64,000 bases of DNA, from assembly GCA_038496445.1 (NCBI GenBank), contig JALMLS010000071.1:94181-158180 (forward strand), written 5' to 3'. Source of the DNA: Trichosphaerium sp. ATCC 40318. Taxonomy: Eukaryota; Protista; Tubulinea. The translations under genes and the position numbers were made by a program. The notes under the pieces were generated by a model that was not told where the DNA came from, searched no databases, and saw nothing but the letters and a program-made list of their open reading frames with translations. Numbering within the stretch: position 1 is the first letter of the stretch; each line of letters starts with the position of its first letter. This document shows, piece after piece, positions 1 to 13,082 of the stretch.

Positions 1-196
1 GCGAACAATACTTAAACGTGAGATTAAGTTAGTCAAAAAATAATGAAAACTGTGGCTGTCGTGGCTTCGAAGATAAAGCCACTTAAGCATGCGGTCCAGT
101 TATAACTCGTTACTCACACCAGCCACTTCATTTTGCTACACTTAAAGAACTCAGTTTGTTATCAACAAACTAATATTGTTTTTATTACAAGTAACT

Positions 197-2308
197 TCAC
201 GTTGTCACCTCCATATTGTTTAGTTCTGTTGAGTCTGCAGCTGAAGTAATAACTGTGCCAACTGCAAAAACATTCTTTGGTCGCCTTTTGAAAGGAAACA
301 GCCACAGCGGTCGGTAAACAAGAGCAAGTATGATTATAACAGTAACCAGTAGTAGGATAGGTACTGTTATAGCAGGTATTATAATTGGTAAATTATTGCT
401 TATGTTTTCCGAACTACAAGTGGACAGATTCAAAACAATAAGTAACCTGGTGCCATCTATAAGAATAAAGTAAGAATTACAAATAACAAATAGTAATACC
501 CATTATGACAGCTGATGCTGACCTGCAATCATTGTCTGATGTAGTCACAGTTGGTACTTCTTTCAGTTTCGGACAATTAGGAAGTCCTTTTTGTACAAAA
601 AAATCGAATGTAGTATTTGCATACTCTGTAGAATTAACAAGAATAACTTGTGAGTCTAGGCGATTTGTTAGTGTTGTGAGACGTACAGCTTTTTTTGCAC
701 CTTCTAAAACCAAGCATTCAGTCACATTGATTAAAAGGGGAGCCATAAGCACAAAGATACTATTTGATACAATGAGATTGCCTAAAAAGGAATAAGCCAA
801 GTGACATAAATCTGTTTTGAATCTACCTAGTATATTGATAGACGATGATAGGATAATGCGAGAGGACGTAATTGTCCAGATATTGTTAATGCATACAGCT
901 TCTGGTAAATCTAATGTAACACCACCACAGTATTTGGTACTGTTTTGTGTGCTGTTATTTGACAAACCAGGAGTTGTTGGAGGTTGTGATGGAGTTGATG
1001 ATGTAGGTTGTGTTGTTGGGGTCTCCGTAGTTGGAGATTGGGTAGTTGGAGTTTGTGTTGGAGTGTGTGTAGGAGCGGAAGTAGGTAAAGGCCGAAACAC
1101 AATAATATTCGCAACTCTGACAAGTGTTGTGCCATCTATCGGGTTCAGCCCCACGCTTTTAAAAACGGAACCACTGTTCTCGTAGACAAAAATCAGAGGA
1201 CCTACAAACCTTAGAAGGGCAAACAAAGACTTTTTTTTAAGTAAATACGCTAGTACCAGTTTCAAATACTCTCCATATGTGAATACCAGCAACAAAAACC
1301 AGCGACCCAGAAGCAGAAACGATATTTTCAATGTCAGTACCGTTGATATTTGGGTTGAAACTTGTAAATGATGCTAGACTGGTACTCATATCAATGTTGT
1401 CTAAGAAGTGTGCTGTTAATTTTGAGAAAAAAAATTGAGGTCATACCAACATTGCTATGAATCCAAATGGTGTCATTAATGCCTATTGCTAGTGAATTAT
1501 CCAAAAAAGCGCAAGCCTGTAATAGATGTTAAAGAAAACATGGAAGGTAAGAGTAAGGAGTACTTGAGTGACGAGGTTTGTTGCAATAAATGCTTTTTTC
1601 TGTGGGATCAAAGAAGTAGCATTGAACTCGAACAGATGTAGACCTTGTTCATTCCCTGCGGACACAGAAACTGCCAAGAATTTATTTTGATCATCTATGG
1701 ATATTTGTCCTATTGTACTACTGTCTACATCCGGTATAACAAAGCCATCAACTAAAGAAAATACAATTCCATTCCAGTTGTAAATATTCTAAAAATAGAG
1801 TGTCAATGTCGCGTGACACGGAGTGTTTGCTTTTATCTTACAATAGTATCACTGGCGCCACCGCCTACATATAGATACTCATCACTAATACCTTTGAATG
1901 CGAGGCCTACAAACGTTTTAGCTCACACTAAAAAGCAAGCTATGCGAGTTTCATATTTACTCCCTAAGTAGCGCATGTCGAACCTTGAGGTTGATCGCCA
2001 CTTGTTGCAAAATCACTCGGTGATATAACTTGTACTGAACCTGAACAACGAGTTAGCGTTAAGTAGAATAATACAGTGACAAACCTTTAAAAACTCCTTC
2101 GCCATCTGCACTATAAAAAATACTACTGTTTGAATACATAATTGCTTGTGTTATTGGTTGTCCGTAAACAAACGAAAGCACTAGTAGAAAAAGTAAGCGT
2201 ACTGCGATAGCGTTGAAGAATGAAAGGATTTAAAGTACCTTGTAGGAAGCAAACAAGTACAAGTAAATTAGAGAATACTTTATAGCGCGTATTACGCTCA
2301 TTAGACAT
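197..2308 (-). CDS. Multi-exon type I cell-surface protein: N-terminal hydrophobic segment, Thr/Pro-rich stalk, Cys-containing ectodomain, C-terminal TM helix
   Basis: ORF pieces 2123-2308 (hydrophobic N-terminus), 477-1331 (PTSAPTHTPTQTPTT stalk) and 197-433 (IIIPAITVPILLLVTVIIILALV then basic residues); GT-AG introns between. Exact exons not resolved. Confidence 0.6.
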
Positions 2309-2459
2309 ATTTCTCCTGAAAGTTGTTTCTTTCTATACTGATAACGTAGTAGTACACTCTATGCTACTAAGAAAATAATCAGCTACGTCAGAGCAGTGTT
2401 CAGCAAGAGTTTAACTAGTTCGTCTCCAAGTGTTCAGACAACACTAATACACCAAGTTC

Positions 2460-3123
2460 TTAAATAAACCAATAAAACACTCGCGTGATAAGGGATTGAC
2501 CGAAGACGGAAGATGGACCCAGAATAGGAAATAAAGTGCGACTTATCTAGAACAACTTAATTTTAAGTTGTCCCTCACAATAGCCGGCTTAAAAAAGTAG
2601 GTTCTGGCCGTCGTCTAATGATCATGCCAGTTTCAAAGCAAGGTATGCACCTTCCGCTACAGTGCGTGAGCTAGGTGCAAAAGCGTATATACCTGCAGGT
2701 CTCTCTGATAACATAGTTGACCAAGGTTTTAAAAAGAAAATAGTGACCAAAACACTTAAAGAAGTTCAGCGTATTCTGGTTACAACACGCATGATATATA
2801 TATCAAGATGTAAAAAGCACGAGAAATGGTGGAAATATAACAATGGCGAATATGTCCAATGTCCGGAATTAGACAGCATATATAGACGGTTTGTAGAACC
2901 GCTATCACATAATTTATTAATTACAACTTCCTGAGGTGAATCTCGATCCACCCGAAAGGACAACAGCGGGTCTACTCAGACTACCCAACCCCATGTAAGA
3001 GGCACGCAAAGCACGCCTTGGGAAGGGTACATGGCGGCTAACGCAGTGACTTATGTGCGATACGATTAAGGACTCTGAGGAATTTTGACTTGTCAAATAC
3101 CTACTTCAAAAAAAAAAAAAAAA
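2460..3123 (+). mobile_element. 5'-truncated non-LTR retrotransposon remnant (ORF C-terminus, structured 3' UTR, poly(A))
   Basis: Intronless ORF tail ELGAKAYIP...IYISRCKKHEKWW resembles C-termini of non-LTR RT proteins; GC-richer 3' UTR with hairpin CCATGTA 2991-2997 / TACATGG 3028-3034; A16 tail 3108-3123. No TSD found; 5' edge approximate. Confidence 0.5.
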
Positions 3124-3315
3124 CAGGACGTATTTGTCAAAGCTGAGGTGAGCCCTTGGCTATAAAATTTTACCAAGGCCAAAGAGCAGTGGACTCCTTG
3201 GCGTTTGTAAGTGATTTTGCTCAATTAGTACCCTTGAACGTGTAATAGATAATACCTGTAAGCACGTGCGTAAAGGTTAAGTTGCCTTAAACATTTTGGC
3301 TAACATTTTTCGGGT

Positions 3316-4159
3316 ATGGCCACACCTCTGCAGGTAGCGACCCTTATAACACTGTGTTGCGCTCTAAAGTTGTAATAGATCACAAGAGACACAGCATCAG
3401 CCAAATGCCCTCTATTGCTTACCTTTTGAGCTACAGCTAGATATTGTTGAACTAGACCATGAAGTGTATGTAAAGTATCCCCTTTTATCAAAACAAACGG
3501 CAACAAGCACGAGGTTTGATAACATGTTTAATAAACACGGCAAATGGATAAAAAGACAGAGTTTAAACATCACACCTGCACAAAAAAGATACCTTTGGTT
3601 TGGGACGCAGAATGTCATGCCATCGACAGAGTGTTTTTACAGACATGGTAAACTACATGGAGAAGCTAGGGCGTGGGAAAGGGGTTTATTGGTAAAACAA
3701 TGTTGGTATGTTGATGGTAAACTTGATGGAGAGTATCGGAAGTGGAATCCTAGTGGCAAGTTGGAGCTACAACGTAATTATGTCAAAGGAAAATTATCAG
3801 GAGCATATAAGAGATGGTTTGAGAGTGGCTTATTGCAAGAACACCGTCATTACACCAATGGTATCGAAGATGGAGAAATTACACTATGGTACCATAATGG
3901 CCAATTGTGTAGACAAGCTACCTATGTGAATGGTAAGTACGAAGGAGAGTACAAGTCGTGGTATGATAACTCGCAATTGTATCAACAAGGTTATTACATA
4001 AATGGTAAACTAGATGGAGAGTACTGGGAGTGGCACAAAAACGGGAATAAACGGATGAAGCGCAATTTTGTCAAAGGTGAACTTCAAGGAGATTACAAGC
4101 AGTGGCATACAAATGGCAGAGAAATGGATAGGTATCATGCTAACCCAGTGTTCTATTGA
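3316..4159 (+). pseudogene. F-box-like/MORN-variant repeat gene, copy A (frameshift near 3413)
   Basis: Exon 1 3316-3333 (MATPLQ), intron 3334-3378; CLPFELQLDIVELD-YPLLSKQ-TRF-KHGKW followed by about six 24-aa WxxNG...YxxGxxxG repeats; about 2 nt missing relative to KCLLLCLP of copy F. Confidence 0.75.
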
Positions 4160-4491
4160 GAACGATATGTAATGAACAAAGTAAGGCTTTTATGTTGTGA
4201 CGTGTACAAGTATAATAACTTGGGTATGCCTTAATTCCGTACCTGGCGTACAGTATGTGAGAAAAATATGTATTGGATGTGTACCCAATAAATCTTCAAG
4301 CAGTATCAGTCTTGTAAAAGAACAACACTTGCACATAGAAAAGCAAAAATGAGACATTTTTGGACAATAATATCAACCACAAGGGGAATGAAATTACAGT
4401 CACGCCGAGATAAGCTTTTGTAGACAAGGAAAAAAAGTCACGTGCACTGCGACTTAACTTTCTAGTTCACAACGTGCCACTAACCGTCGCA

Positions 4492-7400
4492 ATGAGGAAT
4501 ATAGCTCATATACTTATCTTTACGTTACTTTTATGTGTTGGAGCCAGTTTGGCCGACATTGCTGACGAAACAAACGTCCAACTCTGGGATTGCGGTATAA
4601 TACATCTAAAATACTTATTTAACGCTATCCTAGGTTCAAACCCTCAAAAATGGGCCTACCACTCTGACGATCAAACAATTCGCTTGGAACAAGACTGTAC
4701 GACTTTAAAATGAACATACCATATCACTATGTTAAATCTCAGGCGCATTACCGTTTCAGAAAAGTTTTTCCGTTTAATATTTGAAAGTACTAACACAAAT
4801 CAAGCGAAATGTCTTGATATCGCGAACTATGGGACATCTGATGGAAGTAACGTTTGGTTGTACACTTGCCATACTAGCGATCCAGACCCTTCTCATAAGA
4901 ATCAAGAGTGGGTGCTTAAATCAGACGGCAGTATTGTGAGGTATTTATCTTTTTACCATTAAAAGTTGAAACAGAAAAACTTCGCTCGAAAAGTCTAGCT
5001 ACATTTTTTTGCCTTGTTCTCTCACACTTTCAATAGTACTCTATCAGGTAAATGTCTTGATGCTTCTGCTTATGGTACTTCGCCTGGTACAAACATACAA
5101 ATATGGTGAGCGAAAAGTACAAAACTGTTTTTTTTTCTTTGTCACGTGACATAACTTTTTCGGAGTAACTTTCTAACACACCTGAAACAGGACTTGTACT
5201 GGCGCTGATAATCAAAAATGGAGTTTCAACGCCACTGACTCCAGTTTGAGAGGAAAACAATCAGGTGAGTAGTGTTTTAGCGTTTAACTTACTTCTTGTG
5301 TTTTTACCTAATTAAAGGTCTTTGTGTTAACGTTGGTGCTAAATACGGCAGCCCATGCGAAGACGCAACAAATAAGGGATATCCTTTCTGCAACACTGCA
5401 TTGTCATTTAGCGACCGCGTCAAAGATCTTGTATCAAGGTACTTGAACTTAGATCCCTTAAGCTACATCCTATTGTGACATGTTAATATAGAATCCCTGC
5501 CTCTGATAAAATTGGTCTATTTGCAAACGGTGCAGCAGCTGTACCAAGCCTCAAGCTTCCGTCTTATCAGTGGTGGAGCGAAGCTTTACATGGAGTTGCA
5601 GGTACTACTGACTCACAAACCCAAGTAGATTAATAAATTGTTTAAAGGAAGTCCTGGCGTTTCATTTGGCGGAACTACGCCTTATGCAACAAGCTTCCCA
5701 CAAATTGTATCAACTGGATGCACTTTTGATTCTAAACTTGTTTCTGAGATTGGTAAAGTTGTTGGTACAGGCACGTGCTCTTTTCAACGAACCGTTTTTA
5801 GTTTTAAAGCTAAAATATAATTACAGAGGGTCGTGCTATGCATAACGAAGGACATGCTGGACTTACTTTCTGGTAATTTTGACAAACTAACGCTTCATCT
5901 TACTGATATCTTATGAATAGGGCACCAAACGTTAACATCTTCCGTGATCGTATGCTGATGTTTGCTATTTCTCATTTTCGCTGATTTTGCTTCTTAGCTC
6001 GATGGGGTCGTGGTCAAGAAACTCCTGGAGAAGATCCTTACCATGCTGCCGAGTATGCTTATAATTACGTATCTGCTCTTCAAGGTGATGATCCAAAGTA
6101 CTTGCAAATATCTTCTTGCTGCAAACATTGTACGTCTTGTTTTACCCTTACAAAATTGAAGTATTAATTTTAATCGTTTTTTATCAAAGTCGCTGCATAC
6201 AACCTTGAAAATTGGGGTGGAAAGAACAGACACGACTTTAACGCTATTGTAACACAACAAGTACGCAAGTTATCGTACAGGGATTGATACTTATTTTGTA
6301 TTAGGATCTTGATGACACTTACTTTCCAGCATTTAAGGTACGATTCACTTTTGTGAGAGCTTTTTCTTACTTGTTTCATTCAGAGTTGTTCTATGAGAGC
6401 CAAAGCAAGTTCAGTAATGTGCAGTTATAATGCAGTTAATGGTGTACCATCATGCGCTGACTCGAGTATTCTAAATGACTTGGTACGTGCTTTTCGTTTT
6501 CTTTTTTACTTGCAACTGTACATACCTAACATAAACAATTTAGCTTCGTGCCAAATGGGACTTCCAAGGTTACATCACTTCTGATTGTGGCGCTGTATCG
6601 AGTACATATATCATATCACGTGTTTTGTCAATATTAATTTATCATGTAGACGTTTATTCAACGCATCACTACACAAACACAACAGATGAAACATGTAAAG
6701 TCGTTTTAGAAGCTGGAATGGATATTGATTGTGGCGGTTTCCTAAAGGACAACCTTGAAAAAGCTATTGCGTAAGTAACTTCAATCTGCTTTAACCAACC
6801 AATACTTATTTTATTATGGGTTAGGAATAAGGCAGTGTCATCAGAAACTGTTGATAAGGCATTGTACAATTTGTACATGGTTCAATTTAGATTGGGCATG
6901 TTCGATCCTCCTTCAAGTCTTTCAAAATACTCATCACTCAGTGCCAAGGATGTTGATACAACGCCTTCTAGAGTACGCTCGGTCTTTGAATATACAAGAG
7001 TTGAAACTTACGATATCATTCTAGGATCTCGCTTTGACAGCAGCATTGAAAGCAATGACTTTGTTGAAGAATGATGATAATACTTTACCTTTTAGTAAAT
7101 CAATGTCAAAGATTGCTCTTGTTGGTCCTAACGCTGATGCTACAAACGTTATGCAAGGAAATTACAACGGAAGGGCACCTTACTTGATATCTCCACAAGC
7201 AGGATTAGCAAAGTACGCTTTTGCTTGTTAATACTTGGCTGGAAAGGGTTTTTTGTTAATTGTTTGTGAAGGTTTACCACTGTTGACTATGTCAAAGGAT
7301 GTGACATAAGCTCAAGCGATAAATCTGGGTTTACAGCTGCTTGTGATGCCGCCAAGTCATCAGATGCTACTGTTATGATCATGGGTTTGGATCAAAGTCA

Positions 7401-8599
7401 AGAAAAAGAAGGCCATGATAGGTAAATAATATATGTGATTGGCAAACGTTTAACAATCTTCAGAGATATAATCTCTTTCCCTGGTGTCCAAGAAGATTTC
7501 ATATCCGAAATAGCTGGATGTTCCAAAGGTCCTGTAGTATTGGTGATCATGTCAGGAGGTCAAGTTGATTTATCACTCGCAAAAGCAAACAAGAAGGTAA
7601 CTATCATTTCTTTACATCTTAACCAATACTTACCAATCAACAGGTCGGTGCCATCATGTTTGTTGGATATCCAGGACAATCTGGTGGTGATGCTATCGCT
7701 CAAACAATCTTTGGAGAGAACTCACCAGGTAATTAAGTAACAGTACGAGTATAGAAACGCTAACACGTGGTTTTTCAATCAAAAGCTGGAAGACTTTCGT
7801 ACACAATTTATCCTGCAGATTATCTCAAGAATGTATCAATGTTCAACATGAACATGCGTCCATCTGAAAACTATCCTGGTAATGTCAAGTAAACTGAAAT
7901 ACGTGCTATTATCTCACGTTGTTTATTAGGAAGAAGTTACAGATTCTACAACAACGCTCAAGGCACTGTGTACCCAGTACGTGTTAAAACATTCAACAGA
8001 AAAAGCTTGCTAAACAAAAATTAGTTTGGACATGGTCTTACATACACTAACTTCAGCGTCTCAACAACTTCTTCAGTATCTTCTATCCCTATCTACAAGA
8101 TAAAGGTATATGTCTCTCTAGAAACAAACAATCAAAGCAAGCTCTTACACATTGTTTCAGGAAGGTGTTAAAGGTGACAAACAACTACGTGCTTGGGAAC
8201 AACCTTCAATCTCAGGTACAACAAACACTCCTCATTGTATTCTCAACATTCTTGTAGATGTTTCAGTAGTTGTAAAGAATACAGGAAGTGTCACAAGCGA
8301 TTACACATTCCTTTCATTCGCAGTACCACCAACACCTGGTAAAAACGGCAATCCATTGAAATACCTCCACTTCTTCACTCGATTGTATGATGTGAAACCA
8401 AACGAGTCAAGAACTGTTGTTGTTCCTCTTCGTGCAACTGATCTCATTTTGGCTGACACGTGCGTCTCTTGTTTGGTAAATACTTGATCATAGCAATAAC
8501 GTTGATGATAGGGATGGCGTTCGAAGACCAATACCTGGAACATGGAAGATAGAGATTGGACCATACGCAACATCATCTACAACCTTCCTTGTAGAGTGA
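4492..8599 (+). CDS. Secreted GH3 beta-xylosidase/arabinofuranosidase-like enzyme with N-terminal ricin-B lectin domain and C-terminal Fn3-like domain
   Basis: Signal peptide [21 protein letters not shown]; ricin QxW motifs ([24 protein letters not shown]); [62 protein letters not shown]; about 30 short introns; TGA 8597-8599. Confidence 0.93.
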
Positions 8600-8736
8600 G
8601 CCAAGCTTGCTGAATTTCCTTCAACAAGTCAAGGCGTGTTCAGGGTGTTTTTATAAAAACTGAGCTCCACAATACTTGACCTTTTGTTTTGAATTTATTA
8701 TCGCAACTCTGTGAGCACAATGCGTTTTTAAAGTCT

Positions 8737-9970
8737 CTATGCATAGTAGTATTTTTTATGTATCCTGTAGAATTTATCATCGCGGGGCTTGACTACCCAA
8801 TAGCGGTCACTCAATTCACCATCAACGTAATTTCTTTTGTGAATAAGTCGTCCGTTAAAGTCCCAAACCTCGTCTGACCTCTCACCGGTTAATTGCCTTG
8901 AAAACTTTAGTTGCCCATTTTTATACCATCTCTTGTGAACGTCTGGTGTTTTGTGTAGCTTAATTTGTCCGTTTGGATACCACTCTTCAAATATACTGAA
9001 GTCCACGTGCTCTTTCGGTTGTATGTCTGTAAATACTTTTTTTTTGTAGGAAGTTATTTGTCCGTTAGTGTATTGCTCCTCTTCCTCAACGGTACCCATG
9101 TTAAAAAGTAACCGTGTCTTCCGTTGACCGACTTTATTTTTGTATATCCATTCACCATGTTTCTTAAATTGTACCCTCATGCCTTGTACCCGTGTGTGTC
9201 CATTCGAGTATTTCTCAGTATACGAACCATTTTTGCGCCCGTCTTCATAGAACTCATGTATTGTAATACGCCCTGAACCTGAAGCTACGTATTTTTGTTC
9301 GCCATCAAGGACTCCATGTTTGTAAGTTCTTAGGTGTTGCTGATATCCTCCAAATTCTGTTTGTGCTCCATGAAGCTTTCCATTGTTGTCAAACGATTTT
9401 CTTCGAAGAAGGAACACCTCGCTTGTTCCACTACGTCGCCATGCCTTCCATTTGCCAATTTGTTTCAACCGCAATGAGTAGTGAGTCATCATGGCCGCTC
9501 TTCGTGATAGAACATGCCTGAAAAAGTATCAGTCTGATGGTAATTCCAAGTAAACAAAAATAGTCACCATTTTGAGTGTGTAGTGCGGTCCATCTCACAG
9601 ATATATTGTTGTATTTCAGGTGGTAGTGACAACACCATAGAACCATCATCACAAGGAATGGATGTTAATTTTTTTGTGGGTACACGTGGTATAAAAAACA
9701 TAGAACCTGAGATAGGTATTAAATCGCAGTTTATGCTCAACTTTAAACATACTCTGTTTGGGAACGAAAACAAATGGTTCTACATCAAGTCTTGACGTTT
9801 GTTGTTTGGCTTTAAAAACAAAAACATCATCTTGCTCTTTATCACCTGTAGTCTTTGATAACACGTTGACAGGTTTGAAAACAAACGGTGCAGAACGGGC
9901 TTTTGGGAGTTAATACAAAGTTCTTTGTGGTCCAAGTTTTACCTTTGTCTAGACTTGGCCACGCTTTCAT
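8737..9970 (-). CDS. F-box-like/MORN-variant repeat protein, copy B (4 exons, 364 aa, apparently intact)
   Basis: Exons 9970-9943, 9899-9753, 9706-9568, 9517-8737 with phase-consistent GT-AG introns of 43, 46 and 50 nt; VLSLPPEIQQYICEMD...KWHVLSRRAAMMTHY...KQIGKW then degenerate MORN-variant repeats. Confidence 0.8.
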
Positions 9971-10919
9971 TCCGTAGCTACGTATTTGTTGTGATGTTTT
10001 GGATTACAAAAATAAGTCACGTGAATTATGCGAACGCATTTGTGCTGCACAAAAAAGAGCACTGCGCTTTCCAAGAAAATTGTGGTTAAAGAACAAAAAA
10101 CTCTTTCGAAGAATCGTCTATTTACTAACTTCACTCCAAATACAAAACATGTAGTTATGTACAAAAATCAGAGAATAGACCCTTAGGAACGTGTACCCAA
10201 TGCCTGTACAGCTTCTTTTGTTATACTCGTTTTGCTATTGACATGAATATACTTGATGTACTTCATACAAGAGTCATACAATCCAAAAGTGCAAGAAGAA
10301 TAAGTGTTTGTGAAACCAAATTACAGTATTCGTAATGGTTCACCATGACGGTTTTTAATGTTGTCTCCATTGCCCGTATTTTCTGTGGTTTAAGAACATG
10401 GAAAGGTATGTAGCTCCAAACTTAGGAAGGTTGGAGTACAGAATTGATACTATGAACTTTAATAAATTATGAAGGTATTGCATACAATTAATATAATTTA
10501 AACTATGAAGGTATAAATTATTGCACATAATTAATCTTTAGGTGTACCATGAGCACCTATCATGTAAAAATTCTGAACTGATCTCAATGCCCAAAACCTG
10601 TATTGGATGCGGCAAAGCTATGTAATGATCCCTGAAATAATAACTGACTAAGACCGTACAACTAGAACTTTGAATGAAAATAAACCAAACAAAATCACAT
10701 TATTATCTTAGAATAGTAAAATAATAAATGGTTTCCAATAATAGATACTCCTCGTTGCTTACCATTTTGCTTGAGTAAAGTAAGTTACCCAAAACGGTTA
10801 TTACTTTGAATGACTGTTTTACTGGGGATGTGGAGGAGTCATGATTCCTTGGCAAAACGATAAATTCCTTAGATAACACAAAGAAGACCCAATTTTTGCT
10901 ACAAAATAGAACAGTTTAT

Positions 10920-12342
10920 TTATTCCTTGTAACATTGTAACGCTTTGATGACTTTGATACGTTCAGACAAACTGAAACCGATCTCTATGAGTGCATCCAT
11001 ATCAATTTCTGAAATTTTGGCACGTGCTACATTCATAAGTGATCCAAGCTCTTGTGCTCGTTTACTTTCAAAGCCCAATCTAATTAATTCCAACTCCCAA
11101 TCTGTTACTGACTGTTGCACTGAGTCATTTTGAGTATTAGTGAAACTTTCCTACATAAAAAGGTAAATCATTTCTATGTACCAATTCTAAAGAGTACCTC
11201 ATTGATGTCAGAAACAGTAGGCTTGCTACTCCATGAATTTTGAGATATAAGTTCCTCAATTGAATTTGTCTTTGACAAAATATCAATGGCATCTTGAAGT
11301 ATATGATAATCTTCAAGAGCATCTCCAAACTTTTTGTACTCATATTCAGGATCAGCTACAAGCTTTGGTAAGTACTTTTCTCCTGGGCTCTCTTTCAATA
11401 TCGAATGTAGATGTTTTGTATCTACTTTATTTGGTGTTGTCAAATCATTTTTATCTCTACCACTCATAGGTTCAACCGTTGGAGTTACATTGCTCTTTGC
11501 TTCCTTAAGGGGGGCAGGTATTAATTTACCCTCTTTGATTTTTTTGCCATCTTTGAATTCACAAAGAATTTTACTTCCGTCCTGGAAATTTTATCACTCC
11601 TTCTCCATGGTACTTATTGTCTTTAAAATTGCCAATATAAACTACCCCATCTTGTGTTATGGACTCTCCTAAGCCATGAAATTTGCCATTTTTATATTCA
11701 CCTGAATGCACAACCCCACTTGGCGTAGTTGTTTTCCCATCACCATGTAGTTTACCATCTTTAAACACCAACCATTTTAGTTCCATCAGAGAAGTGCACT
11801 TCTCCTACGCCTTCTAAGAAGCCCTTGTTGAATTTGCCAATACAAACAGTTCCATTTGGTAGTATCATCTTGCCTAGACCATGGGGTTTCCCATCTTTAA
11901 TTCTGCCAATAAATCTACTTCTGTCTGGTAATAGCCGCACTCCTTTGAATGTAAGTTGTTGGGGTTTGCACTCTTGCTCCGCGTCTGTAATGTCAGGTGT
12001 TAAAACCAGTGATACACTGCTAATCACTCCATTGTTGATTTCACAACTATATGTCGTTCCATCAGATTGTGTTAAAAGTGCTTTGCCGTGGATCTCGCCT
12101 TCTTTAAATTCACCTGTATATTTATTTCCATTCGGCATTGCTATTGTTGCGCTACCACTTCGGGACCCCTTGTTGAAGTTTCCAGTATATATAGTTCCAT
12201 CTGTAAATATCATCTCTCCTTCACCATGGGGTAAGCCATTTTTAATTCCGCCAATATATCTAGTTCCGTCTTGAAATATCCACTCTCTGGGGCGTTTGCT
12301 CGCACCTGTATTTTCACCAACATATTTGGTTGTTTCTGCCAT
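10920..12342 (-). pseudogene. Classic MORN-repeat protein with C-terminal SAM-like domain, frameshifted
   Basis: YxGxxxxGxxHGxG repeats (YIGGIKNGLPHGEG, YTGEFKEGEIHGKA); disruptions near 11765 and 11575; after an intron, EIDMDALIEIGFSLSERIKVIKAL matches the SAM C-terminal helix pattern. Confidence 0.75.
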
Positions 12343-13082
12343 GTTTAGTATTATTACTTAGTTTCTAACGTAATTTGATGATACACGTGGGTGTGATCAC
12401 TTTTTGTTCGCAACAAACGAGCTTAGGGGTCAAAGTGTTTCAACCATCGCTGAAAACTTCTCTTACAGTTTCTTGGTTTGTAAAGGTAAGTGAGTTTGAT
12501 GTCTATCCCTGGTTGTAGATCCTTTCTTTACCCTCCCTGGTTGCAAGTGATTGCCAACTGCTTATACGCTCGACGAAGGCTTATGGTCAGAATACATATT
12601 GCGCTTTATTGGCAAACTAATAAGCTGACATTACATTCCCACAGATGCCTTTTTTACTTAATGACCACAGGGTGGCAAGTTGGGTTAGTGGAACCCTTTC
12701 ATTTCCCACGAATCGGAGTGGTTTTTTATTACTCCCTGCAGTTGAAAGATGGCAAAGGTGCTTGTACCACCAATGATCCGTGTTGTGTGAATAAAAGCTG
12801 GTTTCATTTCACCAGGGAAGATTTTGTGGCGGGCAAACGGCCGTTGTGTTGATCTGTACAAGATAAACAATCGACCTATTTCTTTGATTCAACATAAACA
12901 CGGCAAAAACTACATCCCTGGAGGAAATAAGCAATGTCTTATTCTAGAACGTTCTTGTAAATTTAATCATGTTAAAGAAGTGCAAACAAACGAGCTAGTA
13001 ACCAAACCTGGACTCTACAGTTTTATGCATAACCATCATACGTATCAGTTCCTATCACTCACATAACTTAAAAAAGTTCCAA

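Noticed and set aside
505-1185. Plus-strand ORFs 505-795 and 817-1185 and similar antisense ORFs elsewhere
   Set aside because: Shadows of real genes on the opposite strand.
12490-13066. Overlapping plus-strand ORFs as a gene
   Set aside because: Frameshifted with no recognisable motif; may be a decayed gene but cannot be supported.
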